DNA from: Candidatus Thorarchaeota archaeon
GTDB taxonomy: Archaea; Asgardarchaeota; Thorarchaeia; Thorarchaeales; Thorarchaeaceae
Length of the DNA stretch: 45,875 bases
Reading direction: 5' to 3'
Assembly (NCBI GenBank): GCA_048882485.1
Contig: JBHLRP010000016.1
Location: 18,473 to 64,347 of the forward strand
Shown here: one piece after another, positions 28,048-38,700 of the stretch
Layout of the letters: every line of letters starts with the position of its first letter
Numbering within the stretch: the stretch's first letter is position 1
Notes under the pieces: model-generated
The model's input: only the letters and a program-made list of their open reading frames with translations
Databases searched by the model: none
What the model was told of the DNA's origin: nothing
Translations under genes and position numbers: made by a program

Positions 28048-28311
28048 CTACTTAAGATGACCGCCGCAGAGCAACCCAAGGCCAATCGGACGTAACTCGA
28101 TACTATCACCAGATTCAACAGTATCGTTCAGCTTAGCTGGTATTCCATTGATGTAGCAATTGCCAAGTTCTATCGCGGTCAATCCTAAACTCGAGATTAC
28201 ATGACCCAAAGATTCTCCTCGTACTGATTTTCGAATTAGCACTGATTTGTGACTTTGCTGATTGCCAATGACAAGTTCCGCAAGGCAATCATGAAGATGA
28301 ATCTCTATCAT
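28048..28311 (-). CDS. Second beta-grasp ubiquitin-like protein (MoaD/Mut7-C-Ub-like), ending CGG-HLK
   Basis: IEIHLHDCL...SLGHVISSLGL...YING...VESGDSIELRP. The probable start is ATG 28311 (the track gives 28413). Confidence 0.7.
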   Translation of the reverse strand: MIEIHLHDCLAELVIGNQQSHKSVLIRKSVRGESLGHVISSLGLTAIELGNCYINGIPAKLNDTVESGDSIELRPIGLGLLCGGHLK

Positions 28312-28379
28312 TTTGAGCTCAAAGAGAATTCTCAATTGATAAGCTCTGAGATACTGGCTAATTGGAATAAGAGTCTGTA

Positions 28380-28853
28380 CTAGGAAGAGCCAACAGGAGG
28401 CGCTTCGTCCCAATCGAAATCTGACTCTTTGGGCTTTCCATTCTGCTCAGGAGCTTCCTTTGGGATATTCTCTGCATGAAACTTGAAGTTCAGATCATCT
28501 GCTGCCACGTTAGGGGGCTCCTCAGATACTTCAGATTTCACACCGGCGAGTTCCTTTATGCCGTCAATCATCTCGCTCAAATCTTCTCCTTCATCTGCAC
28601 TCAGCTCACCCGATGGAAAATCCTCGACCTCTGGCAAGCCTAGTCTATCCAACACGTATTTGATGACCCGCCTAGTAATTTCCCATCCCCGCTTTTGCAT
28701 TATGCGTTGTATCTCATCGAGGACAGCCTCATACTTCTTGCCACTATACTCTATACTCTGTAGGAAATCTTCATCTCTTATCTCTATGATACTGGAACTC
28801 ACTAATACCTCGATATTAGTCCCCGGAAGTCGCACTGCATGTAACACCTGCAA
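28380..28853 (-). CDS. Hypothetical protein with an acidic, probably disordered C-terminus
   Basis: 157-aa ORF co-oriented upstream of the Ubl pair. Confidence 0.65.
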   Translation of the reverse strand: MQVLHAVRLPGTNIEVLVSSSIIEIRDEDFLQSIEYSGKKYEAVLDEIQRIMQKRGWEITRRVIKYVLDRLGLPEVEDFPSGELSADEGEDLSEMIDGIKELAGVKSEVSEEPPNVAADDLNFKFHAENIPKEAPEQNGKPKESDFDWDEAPPVGSS

Positions 28854-28995
28854 TTTCGGTATCTGTGTTTCACTAATAATATGATTCTGGATAAACCATC
28901 AGCGCCATTATAATTTGAATTCCAAGTAATCCTGCAAAGGTTCATTTTGCCCTTTGACCTAGCCAACCTAGTAAAAAGGTTGAGTTGTATAGGAA

Positions 28996-29571
28996 ATGGA
29001 CGCTCTTCTTGTGTTTTTATTGCTCACACCCATAATCACAGGAGCTTTCTGCTCATCAAAAGGTGCTGCTAAAACTGAGGTTTTGCCTTCTGCCAAAACC
29101 TCGAATAAGGAAATCCGATCTGAAGAGTATGTACCCAAGGTTGAGGAACCAGCAGCAAAGCTACAGGAACTCCCTATTGAAACAGTCGAAGGAATTGGTA
29201 CAGTCTTTGGTGCCAAACTGAGGAAAGGTGGCATCGCTACCGTAGAGGACCTGCTAACAAGCGGCACTATTCAAGTTGCCAGAATTTGTGGCGTTTCTGA
29301 AGACATGGCATCAAAATGGCAAGCCATGAGTCGGTTCTGCTGGTTGGAAGGAATTTCAGAAGAAGACTCTGAGGCCATAGTAAATGTGGGCATTAAAAAC
29401 TACAGGGATCTGGCTGATGCCGAACCTGACGTACTTCTAGCTAAGGTGACTCAAGCTGTCGCTGATGGTGCTGTTGAAATCCCAAAAGGATATGAATTTA
29501 CTTTAGAGAAGGTCCAGAAATGGATTGAAGTCGTTACGACCTTTATCAACGAATGGCAAAGGCCGGAATAA
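28996..29571 (+). CDS. DUF4332-like tandem helix-hairpin-helix protein with an N-terminal hydrophobic segment
   Basis: IETVEGIGTVFGAKLRKGGIATVEDLL, LEGISEEDSEAIVNVGI..DLA and VQKWIE motifs. Confidence 0.8.
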   Translation: MDALLVFLLLTPIITGAFCSSKGAAKTEVLPSAKTSNKEIRSEEYVPKVEEPAAKLQELPIETVEGIGTVFGAKLRKGGIATVEDLLTSGTIQVARICGVSEDMASKWQAMSRFCWLEGISEEDSEAIVNVGIKNYRDLADAEPDVLLAKVTQAVADGAVEIPKGYEFTLEKVQKWIEVVTTFINEWQRPE

Positions 29572-29763
29572 TGCATTTCTCCTGGCACAAAGCTGTTTTG
29601 CGTTAAACAGGATTCACCCAAATGAATGTCTATATTGCCCCATAATAGATTCTAATAGACGAAAATAGTTTATTTTTCATTTCTTCGATGGCTTTCTGCT
29701 TGGTACATCGTCGAATGTTTGACATTGTATAAAGATAGGTGTTGGCATTAAGGGTTGGCTGGG

Positions 29764-32700
29764 ATGAAGAGAATTGCCGCTGTTGCATTGATTGTATTCT
29801 TCTTTCTCGCACCATCAATTGAGCATCAGACATTTCCAGCGCCATCAAGAGGATCGCGGGAGTCCTCAGCAGGAAATGACTCGAGCTATTTAGCTGAAGG
29901 CACAGGATCCTATGAAGGCACAGGTGAATCATTACCCGTTGATTTGAATGGGCTCTACTCCGGATATGGCACAGCCTCCTTTGATTCTTCTATGCCCGGA
30001 TACCTAACAATGAACATCCCAGAAAGCTGGACTAGTGATCACCTGACCACAAGTATAGATGACCTGTCAAGGTGGGTCGATAGCGTTCTGATTAATCCAA
30101 GGCTTGATACATATCACAACGAAAGATGGCTTTTCACAGGTTCTGATTCTCAGTTCAACGGAGATAACTTCAAAGTGCCTGATGGATGGACACTGGAGAA
30201 GTCAGATCCGACAACTGGTTCCCAGCATCCTCTTCAGGGTATTTTCGATCTTTACGGAAGCCTTGGAGCAGGATATGATAATACAATTGGGTGGGAGTTC
30301 GCGGGCAATTACGCAGGCACAACACCTCTTGAACCAACAAATGAAGTCTACTTGAGTCAACAGGTATTGGCACCTTGGAGAGAATTATACTCAGCTGAAA
30401 TCAACTTCCTCTATTATGTACGTAGCCTGTCGGATATGGACAACGGCGTCCATCTCTTTGCAAGATTTGGGGATTTCGTGACCAAGCTTGAAGTTTTTGA
30501 CACTGGAGACGCTGTAGACACATGGATTGAGGCTCAGGTCACCGTGCCAAAGTCCTATCTTCAGACTCTAGCTGTACCTAATTCAGTGCTATTCGATATA
30601 GGACTTGGGACTGACATAAGCGGTCAACCCGGAATCGGAGGCAACCATGCAGCGTATATAGATGAGATTGAGCTCAAACTCAATGTCAGACCATTCCCTG
30701 AACAGATTAACTTGAAGGCCAATGGGGCTTCAGTAAAGGGTTCAACTGCAGGTTCAATTTCCACTTATGTTCCAGATGGTGCCAATAGAGACTGCTACAG
30801 CAATGTGAGCTCAGGAATAGATCTCAACGGTCCTAGCGATAATGGTGTTTTGAATATGGGAGCAAACGCCCCGGCATTTCCTGACTGGAGCACAGCCTAT
30901 TCATACCAGGTGGGGCTTCAGTTTCCTTTAGATGCCCCACAAGGCAGTGCGATTACTTCAGCGTACCTGGAAGTGGAGGCTGAAACTGGCGCTCAATATC
31001 TGACAGACACTTTTGATGGTAGAATGCGGATACTTGTTGCAGACGAGAACACAGTCACTGCGTTCACCACTGGATTGCCCGAACTCGCTGATCGCTACAA
31101 TTGGGTCGATACTGACATTGTATGGACTCCTAGTGACTGGACTGCAGGCACCAGATATACATCTCCAAATATTGCTCCAATTCTGCAAAAGGTTGTGTCT
31201 AGAGCTGATTGGCAGAGCGGTAACTATGTCTGTATCATGCTTGAATACGCACACTCAACAAATGACTTGTCCTGGAACAACATTAAAGGTTCTAGCAATT
31301 ATCCTCAAGCTGATCTTTCTAGACTATTCGTGGACTATCTGACTCCAGAGCCGGAGGACATTGTATATAGCTTTGAAAAGAGCAAGACCATAAGCGTTGA
31401 CCATCTGAAGGTGGCTGGCAACCTTTACGATTTCCCGGTTCTGGTTGATATTTGGGATGCGGACTTGCATACTGATGTTCAACCAGATGGGGACGACATC
31501 GGGTTCATGATCGGTCATGAAACTCTTGATCATGAGATTGTGATTTTTGATCGTACCGGAGATGGGACGCGTGCGCATCTGGTAGCATGGGTACGTGTTC
31601 CATTTCTTTCATCAACTAGAAACACCGACATTGTGATGCTCTACGGAAACAGGTATGTTGGAAATCAAGAAACAGTAGAGGGAGTGTGGGATGATGACTT
31701 CGTTGGAGTATGGCACCTAGAGGAGGATCCCGCCGGTACCAACTTCGACAGCACATCATTCGCCAATGACGGAACTGGGGAGCCTCCAGGCAATGAACCA
31801 GGCTATATCATAGGGAGAATTGGCATGTCAGCAGAGTTCTATGGTGCGACGCTACGTCGAGTTGAAGTTCCCCATGACAACAGCCTGGCAATACCAGGTA
31901 GTCTAACAGTTGACACTTGGATACGTACAAATAATACAGACGGCTCCTCAGATGCCATCCTTGCGAAATGGAATGAAGTGGGCAATAGAAACTACTGGCT
32001 CGGAAAATTGGATGCCAGTACCCTAGCGTTCTTCGTGGATGATACGCAGTCAGTGAGTACATCGTATAGTCTAGTTAATGATGGGGGTTGGCATCACGTG
32101 GTGGGTGTCGCTGATGCCACCAAGCAGAATCTGTACCTGTTTGTTGATGGTGCCTTACGAAACACTGCTGCCTATACTGGTTCAATGCAGGTTGGTGATT
32201 CAGTCCTGCATATAGGCAATAATCCAGGTTCAATTGGTCTTGATCAAGAATGGGATGGTCTAATTGATGAGGCGAGGGTATCCAAAAACGTTCGGACTTC
32301 TGAATGGGTCCTGACAAGCTACAGAAACCAAATCAGCCCCCTTGCCTTCTACAGTGTAGGTCAGGAGAGTCAAATAGCATGGTTCGATTCAGACTGGAGT
32401 TATCGAAAAGTAGCCACAGTTTCTGCTGATACATCTGATATCCCTGCAGGATATTCAATCTATCTGACATTTGATCATGCAACGCTAGTAAGTGAAGGAA
32501 AATCCTTGGCAAATGGAGATGACATTCGTATAGTGTACTGGGATGGATCCCAATGGATTGAGCTCGACAGGATGCTGGACACAGACTCGACTTGGAATAG
32601 TGATTCGACCAAGATATGGTTTAAGACACAAACATCAATTCCAGCCTCTTCTTCAGATTCGGGCTACTATCTTTATTATGGTAATCCTTTGCCTAGCTCT

Positions 32701-35700
32701 CCTCCAAGTGATAGCTCTCGTGTGTTCACCTTCTATGATGGGTTTGAGAGCGGCAATCTTGATGGTTGGAATGGTTCGAGTACTGATACAGGTGATACAT
32801 TGATGGTTCTGAATACGCCACTCATACCAGTCCATTCCGGAACCTATGCAGTCAGAGCGGATGTAGATAACCAGGCAGCCGCTCAAGGGATGGTCTGGTG
32901 GGATTTCAGTGACTCAATGAATCTATTTGCTCGGGTCCACTTCTACCTACCAGTGGGATTCTCTACCACCGATCATGTAACCATAATGCAGTATATTGAC
33001 ACTTCGACTGGCTGGCAGAATCAGATTAGTGTGACAATAAAGGATGACATGACGCTGTACATGTGGAATGCAATCGCCGCTGAAGCTTATGGCTACATGG
33101 CTACTAATACTATTTCTACAGGATCTTGGCATATGTTAGAGATGCAGGCTCGAATCTCTGACACCAATGGCGAGGCGAGATTGTGGTTGGATGGAAATCT
33201 CGAGATTGAGGAAACAGGGAGAAATCTCGGAACCGAGGGTATTGATAGATTCTGCACGGTATTCTATTGGGCGTCTCCGCAGACGGAACCTAATACGGTT
33301 TATGCAGACGATGCCTTCCTCAGGCCATTTCTGAGCCCTGAACCAAGTGTATTCCTTGGTCCTGAATTAACACAGGCAATTCAATTCAATTTCAAGAAAG
33401 ACATAGTCGTTGACCACACAAAGGTCAATTCGGACTTGGTAGACTTCCCTCTTCTGATTGATATCTATGATACTGACCTAAAAACTGATACTGAAGTTGA
33501 TGGTGATGACATCTTATTTCTGAAGGATGGCTGGATTCTTCCTCATGAGATTGAGCTCTTCGACCAGCAACACAATTCTACTCATGCCCACCTTGTCGCT
33601 TGGGTCAAGACTGATCTCTCATCCTCCAGGGATACTGTAGTTTCAATGTATTATGGAAACCCATCGATGCAGAATCTTCAGAATCCTTCCAGTGTATGGA
33701 GCAATTCATACGGTGGAGTGTGGCATTTGAATGATAATCCGACAGGGATGATTTATGATTCTACTTCTAATGACAATAATGGTACTTCCTCAGGCGGCAT
33801 GACTTCAGACGACCAAATACCTGGACAAATCGACGGTTCTTTAGATTTTGATGGATCTGATGATGAAGTGAATCTTCCCCGAGCAGTCATTGGCGACCGT
33901 GCAGCCTGGACAATCTCAGCCTGGATCAAAATGGGTGCTGATACTGCAGACCAGAGAACGATTTACAGTGAGGGGAATACTGGCGTAACAGAATATCTCT
34001 TTCTGTATGTAGATGACACCAATTCAGAGGTGAGGTTCTATTCGACAACAGCTATTGGCGATTATACTCAAGTAATTGGCTCGACAAATGTTGAGGACAA
34101 CCAATGGCACTTTGTCACGTTTGTCCAACGGTCGAAGACTGACCGAGAGCTGTATGTCGATGGCTTATCCGAAGGAACCAGTATACAAGATACAGGAACC
34201 TTCGCCACTGATACAGCCAATATTGGAGTTCTGATTTCTGATTGGGTCGCAGATTGGTTCAATGGTACGATTGATGAGGTCCGTATTTCATATTCAGCAC
34301 GTTCCGCGGACTGGATTACAACTGAATTCAATAATCAATATAACATAGCCAGTTTCTTCTCCATTGGAAGTGAGATACCTCTTCTTGAAAAAGTGGGAGA
34401 GTTTCTATACCAGAAAGAGATCATAATAGACCACACAAAGGTCGATGCAGACCTGACGGACTTCCCATTGTTGGTCAACATATATGATACCGATCTCAAG
34501 ACTGACATCCAAGCTGATGGAAACGATATCGTGTTTGCGAAGAATGGCGTGATTCTCCCACACGAGATTGAGCTATTTGATCAGTCATACAACTCCACTC
34601 ATACTCATCTAGTCGCTTGGGTCAAGACGAATATTTCTTCAACAATTGACACAAAATTGTCCATGCTTTACGGTAATCCAACCTACAAGAACAGCGAGAA
34701 TCCAGAAGGTGTTTGGACATCAGACTATAGAGGAGTCTGGCACCTTAGCGATGATCCAGCTAATCCTGCACCTCAGATTAAGGACAGTACGTCTTACCAC
34801 ATCGATGGTACAAAATATGGAGGTTTATCGACCAGCAGTCAAATCGAAGGACAAATAGATGGAAGTTTAGACTTCAATGCTTCGACTAACGATTACATTG
34901 ACTGCGGAGATCAATCTGAATTAAATATGGGAACAGGAGATTTCAGTCTCTCTTTGTGGTTCAGATTCGATGGCGCAAATAACGGTCCACTAGCAGGAAA
35001 GGGTGCCTACGGCGGCGGTGGGAAACGTTACTTCATTGCACTTGAAAACGACCGTGTGAAAGGAGAGATAGATGATAATGGCGCCTCAGGCAAGAAATCC
35101 ATATCGTCCTTTGCATTGATGGATGATAACTTATGGCATCAAGTTGTAATGATTAGGAGCGGCAACAGTCTTAGACTCTTCATTGATGGCAACGAGGATC
35201 TAAACTCTCCGATAGACATCACAGGCTATGGCAATATAGACCAGGTGATGCCATTTACAATCAATACTCTTTCTAGTGACCCAGTTGTGCCAACCTTCAC
35301 TGATTGGGCGGGTGTCGAACTTGATGAGATTAGGGTTGTGTCATCTGCCCGCTCTGCAAGCTGGATTCTATCGGAATACAATAATCTGAAAGAGCCGTCT
35401 TCTTTCCTTGCTGTTGGAAGTAAAAGACTCCTTCAACCAGGAGGATTCGAGAATCAAAAGATAATAACTGTGGACAGCACCAAAGTGCTTTCAAATCTAA
35501 ATGACTACCCACTCCTTTTGGACTTATACGACAGAGACCTCCGTACTGATGTCCAGAATGACGGCGATGACATTGCATTCAAAATTGGAAAAACTGTATT
35601 AGACTATGAGATTGAGGTCTTTGATCAAACATGGAATAGCACACATGCACATCTTATCGCATGGGTGAGAGTGCCATTTCTTTCGTCTGCTGTTGATACT

Positions 35701-38700
35701 GAGATTACCATGTTATACGGCAATCCCGATATCGGGAAGCAGGAGAATCCAAATGGGGTTTGGGACAATCGTTACGCAGGTGTATGGCACCTCTCCGAGT
35801 CTTCCGGAGATGCACTTGACTCGACATCATATGCAACTCAAGGGACTCCCACAGGTGGAGTAGCGCAGGGGATATCAGGATACATTGGCCAGGCCTATGA
35901 CTTCAACGGCATAGATGGAACAGTAGACTTTGGCGACCCATCAGATGGCCACCTAGATTTTGGAACATCTAGCTTCTCGTACAGCATTTGGGTGAGAGTC
36001 GACTCAAATACAGGCACATGGCAACTACCATTCTCAAAGGGAGGAGCTACTTCAACAGACACTGGCTATGAAATTGAAACTACCAGCGATGGGACTTCAA
36101 TGAATTCATGGGTGAGTGATGGATCCATTGCCCGGGTCACTACTTTGACTCCTATCACATTCGGTGAGTGGGTGTATCTTGTTGCAGTCGTCAATAGGGA
36201 AACAAACAGAGTCCTCCTCTTCAGAGATGGAATTGAAACTGGCTCTGGCCAGTCGTTGACTAGCTTTGGAAGTCTCAGTACCACTCAATCACTTTACATC
36301 TCAAGACCCACATATGAGCTAGATGGGGTGGTTGATGAGGCGAGGATAGCTCTTAAGCCACTTGACCCCAACTGGATTTACACTGAATATCTAAATCAGA
36401 AAGACCCTTCATCGTTCTATAGTGTGGGAGAGGAGTCAGGGGCAGCCAAGAACGAAGTGACTGTTGGTTTTACGACAAACTCAGAATCAGGTGTGTCGCT
36501 TTCTACGTCAATGATTCTCACTGTAGGGAGTACTATCCAGAGCCTAGCAAACAACCTCTCGCCGGGAACAAGCTTCTCAGTCATAAATGGCACTCTACCC
36601 ATATGGACAGCTAATATCTTGGTTACTGCTCCAGTTGGTGTGGATCACCTCGGTTTCAACATCAATTATCCAACAGGGGCATGGAAGCCGATATCGGTCA
36701 TCAATCCAGAGGGGATTCACAAGACAGAAGGTATAGATTGGACTAAGACAGGAGAAGGACTCATAGTCAGGCCTTATGCTGTGGACTCGCAAGGCATCTG
36801 GAAGATTCAGTTTGAGGATAGAAATCATGTCATGGATCTTGAAATGGGGCTCTCTGCAGGCGGCTTTGCTTCCACAGCCACATTCGAGGTTGGAGATATA
36901 ATTCGGTTTAGGAATCAGGCACCTTCATTGACAGGATCATTGGTATCTATCGATTTAATAGACCCTTCTGGAGCTGTTTGGTATTCGACAGATCCAGTGT
37001 ATCAAGGATTGTCTTTCTCTCTTCCATTCTCCAAGAGAAAGTCGCTAGTGATTGATCACAACAAAGTCGCATCCGACCTCGAGAACTTCCCTGTCCTGCT
37101 TGAGCTCTATGACACAGACCTTCATACTGGCGTGAGGGCGGATGGAGCGGACATCGCGTTCGCAGCTGGAAACCTTGCTTTGGACCATGAGATTGAGTTG
37201 TTTGACCAGAACTATAATGGCACACATGCGCGGCTAGTCAGCTGGGTGGAAGTGCCCAATCTATCAGCCACAGCTGACACCACCATAACGATGTATTACG
37301 GGAATCCATATGCACCAAGCCGCGAGAATCCATCAGGTGTCTGGGATTCAGATTTCGTAGGAGTATGGCACTTGGGGGAGTCAGGGACTGGGCTGGTTGA
37401 CGAGTATATTGACAGCAGCATATATGACAATCACGGTCAGGGCGGTTTCGGGAATTCAACCTATGTCCCGACAAGAACCACAGCCGCTATTGGGTATGGA
37501 CAAGACTTCACAAATCATTTCATCGACTGCGGGAATGATACAAGTTTGGATGCATTTGGCCACCAAATCACACTGCAGCTATGGATGCAGTTTCCAGCAA
37601 CGCATCCTACAATGGGTCCCATCAATCACAAAGGATGGTATGATGGATATCGATTGCTTATGTGGCCTAACAGTCAAAACGTGAAGTTCCACTTGCATGG
37701 GGATGACTATGACCTAGAAACCTCTCAAACAATTACTCCTAGCTCATGGCATCATGTGACTGCAGTTTATGATGGCGAGTACATGAGAATCTACTTGGAT
37801 GGGGACCCAGACCCAGCTGTGATGGCAAAGACGGATGATATATTGTCAGCTTTGCCATATCCATTCAGAATCGGCCACGGAGACCACCCAGAGGCCAAGT
37901 CGTGGACTTATCCATGGATTGGACAAATCGATGAGGTACGAATTTCAAATGTGGCCCGATCCAGTAGCTGGATCTGGACTGAATACCAGAATCAGGCTGA
38001 CCCACAGAGCTTCTTCAATGTAGGTAGCGAACAGCCTCTTGGCTTCTACTCCTCACCGAACATCAACCTTGATTCATCAGCTAGTGAAGGCGTTTGGACG
38101 GTCCAGGCAAACTACTGGGACAACAATGGGCTAGTGAGAGAGAAGGTCGGGAGCCTGAGTAGAAGTTTCATTGTGACTCACGATGCCTCTCTTAGCCTTG
38201 AAGCTCCAACAGATGCAATCTCAGACCATACTGCCGCAAGAGAGGTAGGTGAGGAGGTTTACATCGAGGTTGAACTCACAGACACGGTTACAGCAAGTCT
38301 TGTTGGTGGAGCAACTGTCACAATGAACTGGACAGTTCTAGGAACGCCGACGGTGGTCATGCTAAACGACCTCGGTGGCGGCCGGTACGGGAAGGCATTG
38401 AATACCTCTGATCTGGGTGAGGCAAGAAGATGGAGAGTCGAGCTCAACTCATATCACCCATACTACTCTAACGCGACTGAATATCTTGACATCGACATCT
38501 CCCATCGGAGCTATCTTACTGTAGTGCCACCTGATCCAATTCCATACAGTGATGATTTCATCGTTAAGGTGACACTTCGTGACGCCTTCGATAATTCACT
38601 AATCAGCGGTGCATCCATCACCTCAAACGGAACATTTGCTGCAGCACCTGTTGACTATGGGAACGGGACATATCTTGTAACAATCGATGGCGCAGGCTAT

